The position numbers were made by a program, and so were the translations under genes. A model generated the notes under the pieces. The model made no database searches and was not told where the DNA came from. It was given only the letters and a program-made list of their open reading frames with translations. Below are positions 24,107 to 38,026 of a stretch of 64,000 nucleotides of DNA, piece after piece (the stretch's first letter is position 1; the number at the start of each line of letters is the position of its first letter). The stretch is from the IMG/VR virus record IMGVR_UViG_3300045988_165521, one strand, 5' to 3'. The stretch comes from a virus.

Positions 24107-24709
24107 CTATTTAGGAGATTCGATAAACTCACTTGGACGATTATCCTGTTCATTTATATATTTAAAAATCTTTTTTCCAAGTTTAGCATAATCAGAATCA
24201 GCTTTACTTTTATTAGCTCTTTTTGCTAATTTTATTAAAGTTCTAGAATTTTTTCTTGAGAAAATACGTTCGCCACCAACTAAATCCATTTGAGGTTTTC
24301 CATCAGATCCAAGAATATACATTTTATCAATTTCTTTTTCATCTATATCCTCTTCAAAGTCTAATTCGTCTCCAATCTGAATTCCAGAATTAGCATTAAC
24401 TTCTAATACATATTTAGTTCTTCCTTCTTCATCTTCAGGAGTAGAAATAATTGGTTCAGAACTATGAGCTTTACCTAATACTACATTATAAACTTCATCA
24501 TCTTGATTTATAAATACTAAATCAATATCGAATTCCATTTCCTCTGTATTAAATACTACTTGACCTTGATCTTCAGGCATTATAAATAACATACCCTCGT
24601 CATCATCCATAGATTCTACATTACCTAAACCCTGAATTCTTTCTTCTTCCGTTTCTGCTATTAGAACTTTATATTCTTTATCTGCTATTTCTATTTTTAC
24701 CTCTTTCAT
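24107..24709 (-). CDS. DUF192-like protein, 200 aa
   Basis: The ORF ends in TAG followed by a hairpin. The N-terminal half (KVLIAETEEERIQGLGNVESMDDDEGMLFIMPEDQGQVVFNTEEMEFDIDLVFINQDDEVYNV) fits the DUF192/COG1430 pattern (A.t...r..GLm....l..d.GMlF.f...FwMkn...pLDiiFid). Confidence 0.6.
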   Translation of the reverse strand: MKEVKIEIADKEYKVLIAETEEERIQGLGNVESMDDDEGMLFIMPEDQGQVVFNTEEMEFDIDLVFINQDDEVYNVVLGKAHSSEPIISTPEDEEGRTKYVLEVNANSGIQIGDELDFEEDIDEKEIDKMYILGSDGKPQMDLVGGERIFSRKNSRTLIKLAKRANKSKADSDYAKLGKKIFKYINEQDNRPSEFIESPK

Positions 24710-26052
24710 TATTTCACACTTTTAATTAGTCCACTTCTATCATCTGTATTCTTTAATAGTTCATGACAAACTAATTTTCCAGCTTCAATTGCAATTTCGT
24801 TGGATGAATCTTCTTGATATGCTTTATATAAAGCCTCAAGTTTATCAGTAAATTCTTTTCTAAGTGTCCATTCTTCCTTTTCAATTTCTGCTGTCTGAAC
24901 AATTCCTCCTTCAGATTGTGCTACTACAGGAATTCCTTTTTTAGTAATTTGATCTTTTAATTCTGGATTTACATTTTCTAAATGATGTTTATGTGCATGT
25001 AAGTTTCCTTCAGGAATTAAATTCATCTTACCTCCGAGTTGGAATTTTTGTGTTTCTGTAGATTGTGTTGGTCGTTTCTGTAAGAATGCTCTAGCTTCAT
25101 CTAATTCAGGAAATTTCATTCCGTTTTTAGCCAAGGAATACATATTATCTAATCCATTATAAGTATTGAAGTTTTTACTAGCAAGAGACTGACCTATTTG
25201 ATTATTCAGTCGCTTTTTACCTGCATCTGTAATATCTAAAGTAGTATTTTGCATTCTTCTAGCTCTAGTTATAGCATTTTGGCCTTTTCGATGAAATCCA
25301 AAGTCAAATAATCCAGCTTTTTTATTACTATATTTATCAATACTATTACTGATAAATTTCTTTGAACCACTATATTCGTTACTAATATCAGATGTATTAT
25401 CTACTAATTTATTAATACGCTTTCCTCCAATACCATTAATTAAATTTAATGCAGCTCCAGCAGCCATTCCAATAGGGCCAAGCATACTTAGACCATCACT
25501 TACCATTCCTTGTATTTGAGAACCAGTACCTTCAACACGATCTTTAGTTCCTCCAATAAGATTTCCTATAGTTTTAGCTCCAGTATTAATCATTCCACCC
25601 ATAGGATTAAATTGACTTACTACATTGTGTCCTATGTCTTTAACTCCAGACATTACTTGAGCAGTAGATCCAGTTTTCTCATTTCCTACAAGGGCTGTGT
25701 TAAGATTTCCAATGAACTGGTCTCCCATTTGAAAAGCTCCTCCAAATTTGCCATTTAGCTTATTTACAGTTTCTGCTCCAGCAAATGTATCATTCTGTCA
25801 ATTTCTAACAGAATCTACAGTTTTTTGTGAAAACATACCTTTTGCGGTAGAGAAAGGATTCCTTTTATCTGCATCAGAATCAGATTTAGTATCTTTAAAA
25901 TTTCCAATATCTGATTTGATTTTATTCATAGAAGCACTAATGAAAGCATTATAGTTTCCTAAGTTAAGACCAAGCTGTTTTAACATATCTGGACTAATAA
26001 TATTCCCAGAACTAACTCCTCCTATTTCCATTTTTTTTATTCTTTTATGCAT
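24709..26052 (-). CDS. virion/cargo protein, 447 aa (function unassigned)
   Basis: Fragments 25798-26052 and 24709-25728 share one frame and are joined through a single TGA (25798); the gap was translated and is open. N-terminus is MHKRIKKMEIGG, with an internal KFQLGG at 25030-25047. A Gly-rich central region is present. Confidence 0.75.
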
Positions 26053-29000
26053 AACTTTGAGTCATTAATGTTTGTAATGCAGTAATAATAACAAGTTTAT
26101 CACCTTTATATTTAACTCTAATTCTTGCATATTTATCTCGAACTTTAGTTGCCTTTAATGGAGATTCAAAATCATTAGAGCTTGTTTGTTCATAATATAT
26201 TGGTTGTACTTGGAAATACCAAGAATCTTCACTATAGTATATATTACCTAATCGTCTTCCATATTCTTTTATATTTAAACAATCTGCATGTACATTTAAG
26301 TAATATTCATTTCGAATTGGATCTCATGTAACTTCTGTTTTATATCCTTTAGATTCTTTATCTAAATAGATTTCTGGGAAATTAGCGTTTGTAGATTCAT
26401 TTTTATTAAAAGTTTTATTTCTATAAATAGCTCTTTTACTAAATTCATATACATCTCCAGTAATTTCTATTTCAATAGAATTTGGTTCAACATTATTAGA
26501 TATTATTACTAAATTGTCAAATATTTTATGAATTCCTTTTGGTTCATTAACTATAAATTCAAACTCAAAAGGTTCCTGTTTATTATATCATTTAGTAGGT
26601 AATATTTGATTTGTTTCATCACTATCAAAATAATTTATCTCATCAATAATGTTACTTCTACCATGTACGAAAATATTATATAATAGTGCCTTATTTCAAT
26701 CATCTTGATATTTCAACATGTCGAATTCTTTTAGCACCTCATAAGGAATAATAGCTCCAGCTGTATATGATCGTTCAATTCCAAAAACAATACAATTACT
26801 CATAAGATTTCCACTCTCATCTTCAGAAGGATTATCTTCTGATGAAGTTACAACATATGGAGTATATTTTACTTCAATAGTATAATATAAATAGCCTCTA
26901 TCCTCTTTTCTGTATAGATCTTTAAATTCTATTGAAAATGGAGCCGCATCCTTCTGTTCAAGATAATTAGCATAGATTATTTTCTGACGGTCCTCTTCTG
27001 ATTCAGCATCTATAGCATTTCCAACATTTTTATTTTTAATTTCAACCCAATTCTCACTTACTTCATCCATAAGCCAGGTTTCTTCATTTGCTTTGCATTC
27101 AATAAGTGAATCAGTTTTTATTTCATCTTCGTCTCAGTAATATCCTTTTATAACGACACTATTAACATTATATCCATCATATCCATCAACTGTGAAAGTA
27201 AACTTTGAGTATTCTCTATCAGAAGTAACATATTTTCCAGTTCATTCTTCTCCTACCTTTACAAGATCATCAGTTTTCCGAAGATTATTACTTATTATAC
27301 TAAATATTTTACTCTTAAGCAAATCAAAACTAAAATATGTATTATTTATATTTTCTGATAATAAAGGAACTCACGAATATCTAGTAACTCACATGCTACG
27401 TACTTCATTATAACATATATTCCAAATTTTATCATTATTATAAAAAGTGAACATAACATCATTTTTATAAGCATTAAAGTGAGTTTTAACATTTCTCGTT
27501 CCTAATGCTACTGTTTTTTCAAGTTCCTTAAGATTTATTTCATCATTAAGGAATCTTTGAATTGTAAAATCAGATATAAGTTCAAGACCTCTATCAGAAA
27601 ATCTCCAAATTTTCTTAGTATATGTATCAACACCATATACTGCCCTAGGAGTTCTTATAATAGAGTCTTTTCATATAGAACCATACATATCAGATATAAT
27701 TGTCATTTGCTTTTGTAATACTCCAGATCCATACATATGAATATTTTGCCCAGTAATAGTTTGAATAAGAGCTTTTTCATTTATTGGAACAATAGCTATA
27801 GCATGTTCAAATACAGTTAATAGATTTCCTCCTCAAGGAAGAATTTTTACTATACCTCCATATTGTCTATCTAAATCTTCATATGATAATCCTTGGAATA
27901 CCTTATATGAGTTCTTAAAGTTTCCATCTACCTGAATATCACTAAACATTATACGAGTATCAAACTCGTCAACCTCATAAGGTACATCTATGTGCTTATA
28001 ATTTCTTTTAAATCCTAGAGTAGTACTATATCCTCTATTATATAAGTTACTTTCTGGAATTTTAGCAGAAGATTTAGTAGACATACCTTGTATAGGATAA
28101 AATCCTCTTGGATTTCCCATTAATGCAATTTCTTCTGTATTAAACTCATCAATACTTCTAAGAGAAATATTATTATTAGATAATCCTTTAAATGTTACTC
28201 AACTTCCAATAGCTACTGCATTAATATCTCCAATATTTATATCATCCCAGTTTTCAGTATTTCTAATACCTTTAAAATTATCTTTTCAAGTATTAAAATC
28301 TACTATTGTATCATTTGTAGGAACTGTTTGAGAAGTGAAGTTTCTATGTAACCTAATGGTAGTTGTATAAGTAAAGCAATCACCACGATATAATATTGGA
28401 ATCATACTCCAATTAAATTCTATAGAATTACCTTCCACGTCTTTATAATCAGTAGTACAATCTGTAATATCTTTGTCTTTTATTACACTAGTATCTGTAG
28501 CATATCTATCAGATACTGCAAAGTAAGGAGAATTATCATCGATTCTTATTTGAAAATATTCCTTATTAAATGTTTCGGAGTAATTTTTTATATAAACATT
28601 ATATAATGATGATTTACCAAGTAAAGTGTTACATCCTACAAAATCAGTAAATACTCCTCTAACTAATTGAGCATCGCTTGATTCTATATCCTCTTTTCCA
28701 AAACAGGTTTGTTGTTTAATTTCTTCTTGCATTCCTGCTCTAGTACAAAAGATATTATCATTAATAATTTTCTGAGGAATATCCGAGTCTATATATAAAA
28801 GTTCGCTTGTTGTTTCTGCATTTGTACTTTCAACATTTGTTAAATCTAAGGTATAACTTCTTCCTGATGCGTTATATTGATTAAACTTGTATGCTTCTAC
28901 TAATTTATATCTATCTGAGTTAAGTAGAGATTGCATTTGCTTATCACACTTAACATCTGCTGATAATAATCCTGAATAGCTACAATTGTTACTATATATA

Positions 29001-30565
29001 AGTTTTGAATCATAATCGTTAATCAATACCTTATTTTTATTTACAAAAGATTCTGTTACAAGCTTTGGATTTTGGCCTCCTTCAGAAAGATCAAGACAAG
29101 GAACTCCACTTACAGTGTCAACTCCTATAGATAACCCAGAGAATAAAAATGTTGGAATACGCTGTTGCCTAACAAAGTAGTATCCCTTAATATTCAGTTC
29201 TTTAAGTTTATTAATTACAAATTCAGGGATTCTAATTTTTAATCCCAATGGCTTCACAGATTTTCCGTCATGATCAATAATAGTCTTATCTTTAGTAAAT
29301 CTAAATACTCCTCTTGTATTTTCTAAAGTTTCTAAAGATATAAAATCTTTATTTTCTATAGTTTCAGGATCTCTTAAGTCTATATTATAATCATAATTAC
29401 ATTTATTACTTGATATTATCTCTCCATTATCCCCTTTTTCTTTAAAATGATAAGTTGAAAGATTAAAATCAATACCTCTAAGATTATATACAGGAGATAA
29501 ATGCTCATCATTATATATAAATACTACTCCTAGTCTATAAATTTCTCCAGGGAAATATCCAAGTCTATAATATATATTATATGGAGAATAGTATTCTGCA
29601 GCAGTAATATCCCCTTTATAAATTCCATATTTATCTGTAATATATCCTATATCATGTTCTTGACATTCTTCTACATTAATATATAACGCAAGATTACTTA
29701 AAGTGGCAGAGTCTTCTTTAAGTTTTGAAACATTTGCAAAGAATAATCTATTTTGAACTTGTGCCTGGCTTTTTACAGACTCTACATAGTTATATTGTAT
29801 ATTTAAATCTTCTGCAGTTATGTCTTCAAGTTCTTCAAATCCATTAATGGTTATTGTTTGATTGACATCAGTTATTTCATAAGTCTTTTTTATTTTATGA
29901 AAATCTGTTTTAGAAATACCATTTACATCACAACTTGTTCTACTATAATATATATTTATATAACTAAAAGACGTATCTATATTCTTAAGATAAAGTATTA
30001 TAGATTTATCAGTACGTTCATCCATATAAGCTCCAACACAAGTCTTAGGATTTGATAAATCTCCTTTAAATACAGACACTATTCCTGATTCAGCAACAAT
30101 ATCAGTTTCATTATAGTCACTATCAGAATATTTTATATAAAATATATAATTCCCTCCTTTGAGAGTTCCAAAGTAATCTACATTTTTAAATTGAATCTTT
30201 GGAATTCTAGTAACGTTTCTAAATAACCTAGTTTGTTGATCTAATTCATTTTCTGTATATAAATTAGATTGTTTAATTTGGTTTCGATTTATAATTTTAT
30301 ATCTATTATTTTCTAATAACGCTACTCTAGTATTTATTATTCTAGGAGGATTTTTATCATCGTTGAATATTAAATTTGTACTTCCATCATAAGAACTTTG
30401 ACATTCTATGTCTATAGGATTTTCTAGATCTAATTTTAATTGAGAATTACTTACTGTAAAATCATCAATCTGATCATCAGATTTTTTTAAATTACGTAAA
30501 GGATTATACTCTCAAGCAATATCTCCAGTATCCTTGTACTTTTTTACTTTCAGTTTTATATCCAT
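26045..30565 (-). CDS. very large tail/virion protein, 1506 aa (function unassigned)
   Basis: ATG at 30563-30565 overlaps the upstream TAA (TAATG). Fragments 28286-30079, 27833-28120 and 26696-27070 share one frame. Gaps 30079-30565, 28120-28286, 27070-27833 and 26045-26696 were all translated and are broken only by TGA. Stop TAA at 26045-26047. Confidence 0.8.
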
Positions 30566-33500
30566 TATTGCCCGTCATCATATATATTAGAAATAAACTC
30601 TCTTGCTACAGAACGCGTATTATTATCTGTCTCTCTCATAAACAATTCTAAAGTAGCATCCATATTAGATCTTACTTGATCTGTAAACACCATACTTTTT
30701 ATAGCATTAGTTAATTTCACTTTATTTGCATTCTCATTATACTCATGAATAAGATACAGGTCTCCACTTTTTATATTCGGCTGTCTTTCTAATTCATCTA
30801 CTTTAATTCTTACATCACTATTCTTATTATCTATTAACCTTTGGAGTTCATATTTAAAAGATTCATCAGGAGTAACTATACAATTAAAATTGACATTTGT
30901 ATTTGTAGATATCACATTATTGTCTGCAAAAGATACTCCATTAAATATTGAATCTATTTCATCTGGAATGTCAACTCCCTCATCCATGAAATATTTTCAA
31001 TTATATGTTCCAGAAAGATTAATAGTTTTTATATATACTGGATTTATAAGAGATTCTCTATAGTTATATAAAGAATAATAAATTATATTATTTTTAGAAG
31101 ACATACAATATCTTAAACAGTATATCATCATAAGATAGGAATATATACAAGTTTTAGAAATATAAGAAGCATCTTTCTCTGAAGGCGCCTTATTAGCACA
31201 GTAATATATACAAGGTCATGAATTTTTTGTTTCATATGACATTGCAAGACAGAAATTATTTGCAGATCCGTATCTGCTAAAGAAACCAGAATCTCCAGAA
31301 TGGCTACTATCATTACCATATTTTGCATTATAGAAATTATATATATTAAATCCATAATCATCTGCATAACTTTTTGTACTAGTTGCAGAATGGCCATTTG
31401 GTTTTCAATCTGTTCTATGCCAATTAGTTCCACTTGAAATATTTAAATCTCCAAGAACACTAGGTCAGTTCTTTTCTGGAGTGAATGCTTCTGTATTCTC
31501 ACCATAATACAACTTATTGTTTTCAAACCTAATAGTAAAAGGACCTACCTCTTTCCACCAGAAACACATTGATCATTTATCTCTTCCAGAACCGTCTTTT
31601 CTAAATTCTACATATTCAGGTCTATATTCTATTGTATGAGTATCGTCTTTATCTGTAACTTTAGTTTTAGTTTTTCCAATAGGATGATATTCATATAAAT
31701 ATTTATCACTACTACTGATTTCTTTTACAATATTATATTCAGTATTTGTAACTGTAAAAGTATTAAACAAATCAAATGAAAAAGATCCATCTATTTTATT
31801 AAAGAGTAGTGTATAAGTATTGCCTTTAGAATCTATAGCCTTGCCATTGTTAACAGTAACGCCTTTAGAAGTGATTCATCTTCATAATCTACCGTCATCT
31901 CCATTTTGGTCTTTTGGAACAGATATAGTATATACTTCAGAGTTTCCTACCTTTTTAATAGAATATGTATTGCCTTGTTTAAATATAGTCTTAATTCCAA
32001 TCTTAGAAGTATCATACGTTTCTCCAGGAGGTTCTGGATATACTAATTTAATTTCACTAAAATAGTCACTAGAATCAAATGAATAATTATTTATTTTTTC
32101 ATCTTTTGAATCTTCATTACCTCTTCGTTTTAGAAAAGCAGTTTCTGTAAACGCATAATTACCTGAATTAAGTTCGAGTTTTATATAATCAGCAAAGTAA
32201 TTTACAAGGTCTTGTCCTGTAATATCCTTAAAGTTATCTTTAACATAATATCACCTATTTACAAGTTCTGTGGCATAAATTCTATTTTCGGCAGGTTCTA
32301 TATCTCCTCTAATAGGATTTCCAGATTCAATATTAATAACATAACGAAGACTTAGAAAGTATATATCCTCTTTATTAAAATTAACTTTTTTTATCTTAGG
32401 TTCTCCAGTTTGAGTAGTATCATACTCTGCTATGTCTTCATTATTTTCAGAAAAGGGTATATCTATAATAATAGTTCCATTACTTATTATATCAGAAACC
32501 GAAGTCCAATCAATAGCAGTATAGGGGTTGTCTGAATCTGAAGTAGAATATCTTTCTAACTTATATTCAAGGCTAACTCCAGGAAAACTTTCTCAAGAAG
32601 TAAGCATTGTTAGAGAATTATCTCCTACAAAATATTTAAAATAATTTCTTCCAAAGTGTATTTCATTAGGATCTATTGTTATAGGATCTCTAGAAATTGT
32701 TTGTGTAAATTGACTATATATTATATAATTTTTCTTACCTTCATTTTCAACTAATAATGCGGGAGTAATATATTTGTAGTTTCCAAGCGTTTTTGCCTCA
32801 ATAGTATTAAATATTATAGACTGGAAATTATTATAAGATATTAATTGATTAGGCTCTAGACTTATTGGAGATAATTTACTTATATTTTTTTCATCTAAAG
32901 TATCATAATCATGTAAAAAATATACTAAATTATTTTGAATCTTATCTAAATCTCCATCAGCATAATTTACAAGATTCCAATAAGTTTGTACTCTAAGATC
33001 TCCGCCTGGATAAACTTTTATAGCATTTGAATCACTATTATCTACATATATCTTACTTTTATCAAAATATATATTAAATTGTTCTGGAACCGTAATACTA
33101 AACTTTACAGCAAGCCAACCAGGAATATCCCAAGATACAGGAATCCAATCACTTCTATTAGTTGTGGATTTATCGACTTGTAATTCAAGAAGCCCATCTA
33201 TATTATACAATTTATTTTCATCTGTAAGAATATAAGGAACTAAGTGTCTATAGTATTTATTGTTTAACTGTTCAAGTGCTTCCTTAAAGGAATATTCATC
33301 TAAATTTTCATATATAAGAAGATACTTATCTCCTGGATTTAAATAAAAATTAGGATCTTTACTAAGAAGTATGATTTTAGTTTCACCTTCTAAATCTTTA
33401 TATAAAGATGTTTTATCAATAATAATATCCTCAATTGTAGCATCCTTATTATCTACAATTGGGGTAAAGATTGTTTGTTGTGATGGAAAACTTCCAATTT

Positions 33501-33768
33501 CTACTTTGTCGTCAATTGGATTATATGAAATAATATATAATACTCCTTGGTGTTCTTTCATTCCAACAGGAACAAAACCATTACTCAAAGCTCCATTTTT
33601 AAACCCATAATTACCCATATCGTTCTGTAAGGCAAATTCATTACCATTATAAGTAATTAAAGTGCCGTTTAAACAATCAGTCATTACAGTATTTGGAACC
33701 ATTAATGGTTCTATATCCTTTATCATTCCTCCATTAAACTGATTTATTTGATTTAATTTGTTCTTCAT
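30565..33768 (-). CDS. large tail/virion protein, 1067 aa (function unassigned)
   Basis: ATG at 33766-33768. Fragments 32593-33768, 31573-31770 and 30565-30987 share one frame. Gaps 31770-32593 and 30987-31573 were translated and are broken only by TGA. Stop TAA at 30565-30567. Confidence 0.8.
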
Positions 33769-33773
33769 AGTTA

Positions 33774-35603
33774 TTATGTAGTTATTGCTGCAGAAGGAAC
33801 CTTAACTTCTCCAGATGCAGATATAGTAATTTGAGTATCTCCACTTCCTAAAGTTGCAGAACCATCTTCATATACAATTAAAGGTCCAAACTTACAAAAA
33901 GTATCATAGTTATTAATATTATATAGATTGCCTCTCTTCAAACTACATTTACCTGTATTTTCGATACTAATTCAATTTTCTTGAGCATCATTTATTCCAA
34001 CGAATGATGTTCCTGAAGCAGATATTTTAAGATAACTCTTTTGTTCAGCACTATTGTATAGGTATATAGTTGGGTTATTTAAATAACAGTTATCACTATA
34101 AATCCCTATTCCAGAAGGATTTAGTATATCGTCTGATATTACAGATAAATTTCCAATAACTGTATTACTAGTTTGATAAAAACCGATAGATTCAGGATTA
34201 GTTTCTAGTATAATATTATAATACTCTGAAGTTTCTTCAGGCTCTTGATAATATTGTACATTAATTGAGGTAAACGGTTGTTCTTCAGTATCTGAAGTTA
34301 GATTCTCAGCTTCTGAATATGCATACAACCCAATAGATTCTGAAGAAAGAGCTAGAAAGCTTGCTTTATCTGAAATGTATGTAGTATGTACATATATTTC
34401 GTCATTATTAATACCTGTGACTATGAACTTTGCACTAATATTCTCAATCTCCTCAGATGTATCTTTTTTGTATTCATTTATAATTAATTCTCCCTCTGTA
34501 CCAGGAGTAACAAATCCTGAATCTATATATAATTTTAAAACGACACCATTAAATGTAGATTTATTTTCCTCTGGAATAATGTAAATTTTTGTTATAATCT
34601 CATTATATAGATTAGATGAACGTGCAATATTTTCTGCACTTTCAGTAATTTCTGTATCTTCTGTAATTTCTTCAGGATCTATATAATAATTATCTGCAAC
34701 AGATAATGGTATGCACGAAATATTCTTTCAAGATTCAATGTTTATTGGCTCCCAATAAAAAGATTCTGATAAAAGTTGTTTATCAAAATCTAATTGATGA
34801 GAGGTATATGTTGATGGAGTTTGTCAATTATAACTTGTATTTACAGATTTTACAAGATCTTTAGCAAACTCAACGAATGTAGTCTTACTAGTATTTATTC
34901 CTTTTACAGAATATAATTTATATAGAAGCTGTAAAATATTTATTCCAAGATCATATAGATTTCCATCAATATCTAGCTCGCTTGCTGTAACACTTATATT
35001 TCCTCCAATTGAGATATTTCCAGAAAGAGTTTCAAAACTAAGTTTTTTAATATTAGCATTACTACAAACTACTGTATTACATGTAACTTTCCCATCTTCA
35101 GCTATAAATTTTCCATCTGTAGTTTCTAATGTATTAAAAGAGATGTTCTGTTTATTTAATAATGCTTGAATATCATTTCAACTATGCCCATCAATAAACT
35201 GTGCATTAAGATTACTTATAACTTCTGAACTACTTAATTTAAATGGAGGGGTTCCATTAAATATTACAGTATTATCAAATATTATATTCCCTTCAAGAGA
35301 AGCATCTGAATTTTGAGAATCACTAAAACTAAAATAACTATTATCTAATGTATAATAAATTCCTCCGTTTAATGCAAAGATTATTTTTCTATCTCCAGGA
35401 TATTCATACTGCCCTGTCTCATATAATAATATATCGTCTACAATTATAATTTTAGACTCTATAGATTCTTCGTCTTCATCATCAGTTGTTTCTTTATCAT
35501 AATTTAACTTATAATATTTATCTCCAACTTTTACTCTTATTACCCCACTAGTTTCAAAAACTAAATTTCTTCTAGGAGACCCTATTATTTCTTCTTTTGC
35601 CAT
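33774..35603 (-). CDS. tail/virion protein, 609 aa (function unassigned)
   Basis: ATG at 35601-35603. Four in-frame TGA (35178, about 34823, about 34708, 33972). The whole 33774-35178 stretch was translated and is open. Stop TAA at 33774-33776. Confidence 0.8.
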
Positions 35604-35604
35604 A

Positions 35605-36141
35605 TTAAATCATTATTATTTTATTTTTTACATCTCTATATGCTATATATTCAAAGTTTCTTGTTGTGATTTCACTTTTTAAAAATGTCCATCCAACATC
35701 AATTGGATAGTATAATTTAAAGAAATGTGTTCTAGATCTATCTAAATAACACTCTTCTTGTATTTTATATAACTTCAAATCTCTAAACTTTATTTTAGAT
35801 CTACGCTTTGAAGTTATCTGAGTTTTATAAAATTCTCACTCAGCTTCAGTTAGACCGAAATAGTACGCTCCGTTATATACTTCTTGAGCGTACTTATATT
35901 TCAGTCTTAATTTAATACGATGTTTAATATTATTATATCTAACTCTTTTATAATCATCAAAAAACATCTTTCCACAAAAAGCAGTATAGTTATGATTTCC
36001 TAAAACTACATCTGCTCCACTTTTAGCTAATAAATGAAAACTACTAAAACCGTGTTCTATAACTCTTTTTAACTCATCTTTTGAGATCTTTGGATATTTT
36101 TCTTGTATAATACCTAAATAATCGTCTAATTCTTTAATCAT
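35605..36141 (-). CDS. small protein, 178 aa; possible IHF/HU-like DNA-binding protein (second of a pair)
   Basis: ATG at 36139-36141, one TGA (35836), stop TAA at 35605-35607. ..ISKDELKRVIEHGFSSFHLLAKSGADVVLGNHNYTAF.. loosely fits the HU/IHF N-terminal pattern. A pair of IHF-like genes sits at this position in crAss-like genomes. Confidence 0.4.
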
Positions 36142-36143
36142 AA

Positions 36144-36581
36144 TTAATAGTACACTTTTGCTTCTTCAGTATATTGATCTATGAGTTTTTTAAGATATTT
36201 ATCAACATAGATTGGTTTTTCCATAGTTTCTTTATTATGCTTCATATATCTATATACTAGCTGGTTTCCTGTAAATTGAGATAATACAAAATCAATATTA
36301 TTAAATTTACCTCTTCTATATGCTTGTTTAAAGTCTTCATCTGCAATTTGTTTCATAGAAATTTCTCCATAATTCCCAAAACGCAGAGGTAGTACAAAGG
36401 TAACATTATTATTTATAATATCCAATAAGATCTCATAAAAACAGTCATCAAAAATCTTAGCAGCTAGATTCTTACGATCTTTATATCTATTTTTTACTCA
36501 TCTTCCTTTTAATAACTTAGGATTTAACCCATTATATAGTTCCCTAGAGTTAAAACCATGAGGAAACATTTTTTTATTCAT
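36144..36581 (-). CDS. small protein, 145 aa; possible IHF/HU-like DNA-binding protein (first of a pair)
   Basis: ATG at 36579-36581 overlaps the upstream TAA (TAATG). One TGA; stop TAA at 36144-36146. ..AAKIFDDCFYEILLDIINNNVTFVLPLRFGNYGEI.. is a weak fit to the HU/IHF pattern. Confidence 0.35.
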
Positions 36582-37270
36582 TAGTTAACAGGTTTAAATG
36601 ATTTCTTATATTGCTTTCTATCCCAACGTGTACGAGCATCAAGAATCTCATTCATTTCATTTTGCGAGATATGTTCAGGAACTCTGGCATCACTACAAGC
36701 TCTCAATCATTCTTGTTTAACTGCTTGAGCTATTTGAAAAGAATTACTATCTCTTAATACAAGACTCTTTTTATATAAATCAATATATGCGGCATATGCA
36801 GCTAACGCAGTTAATTCTTTATCTGTTATAAGTGGCAGTCCATCATCATCTACAATTACACCATGATATAGTACAGATACATTCGAATAATCTCTATCAA
36901 ACTCTAATGCATTATTTATCTCATTATAATTTAATAGTTTTCCTGATTGGTATAATGGATCTTTATTCCATTTTCAAGCTTCATTATATCTTTCATAATA
37001 AGCATTTTGAACTAATGGGAAGATACTAGTGTCTGAAGTAGATTGAAAGTCTTCAAATGGAATTGTTACAGATTCTATAAAAGATAAATTGCAAGGTAAT
37101 TCTAGTATTCTATTTGTAGTATCTCCTACATATCTATACATTCTAGAATGTTTATTACCTATTAACTGTAAACCATTTAAAACTATATCCTCAAAATTAT
37201 CAGGATTTATTGTAACCCCATATAATATATTGGCAAGAGAATATACAGAATTTATATTATTTAACTTCAT
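36581..37270 (-). CDS. structural protein, 229 aa (function unassigned)
   Basis: ATG at 37268-37270. In-frame TGA at 36974 and about 36700. The stretch 36581-36974 was translated and is open. Stop TAA at 36581-36583. Confidence 0.75.
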
Positions 37271-37272
37271 AA

Positions 37273-37944
37273 TTATTTAGGAGTTTGATCGTTAGGCGTA
37301 ACAGGAGTTGCAAGTTGACGATACCAGCGAATATATTTCTCAGTCATTCTTTTAATAATTTCATCAGATAAAATTCCACAATCTAGATATACCTCAGGGT
37401 TTTCAGAACAACAATCTCATTCTAAAAGCTTTCTTGGATCTAAGAATAGTGCAATTACAGATATATATTTTACAAAAGGAACATTAAAAATATATCCGTC
37501 CATATTACCATTAGAATTAATTGCAGTATCTATATAGACATATGGACTTCCTGGTTTATTTTTTCTATACTTATGAAATCTATAAGTTTCATCTGTATAA
37601 ATATTATAACGAGTATGTCTATCTATACTGCCAACAAATCTTATTGTATCAATTCCGTTTATATAAATAATCGGTGGAATTTCAAAATGTAATGCTTTTT
37701 CTCCAACTTGCAAATTACAACATTTTGACATGTAATCACAATCAACTTCAATACAATTAATTGCTAAAAACAATTCATCTAAATTAAGAATTCCTTTTAA
37801 AAGAAATTCTCTCATTATTTGATTACGCTCTGCCACTACTTCATCCTGAAGTTGCTCTACAGATATTTTTGGATTTGAAGTGATTCCTGCTAATCCAGTT
37901 ACTGTATTATTATATACAGCACTTGCTATTGCTTCTATTGTCAT
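37273..37944 (-). CDS. structural protein, 223 aa (function unassigned)
   Basis: ATG at 37942-37944; one TGA (37417), then 47 more codons to TAA at 37273-37275. Confidence 0.75.
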
Positions 37945-37954
37945 AAACTTCAGT

Positions 37955-37996
37955 TTAAAAATTAAAGGCAGGACAGGGAAATTACCCCGCCCTGCC
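37955..37996 (-). terminator. strong rho-independent terminator closing the capsid operon
   Basis: The minus-strand RNA reads GGCAGGGCGGGG-UAAUUU-CCCUGUCCUGCC: a 12-bp stem in which two positions are G.U on the minus strand but A/C mismatches on the plus strand. It is followed by UUUAAUUUUU. Confidence 0.8.
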
Positions 37997-38026
37997 TTCT
38001 TCTAGTGATATATGTTAAAAGGAGTA

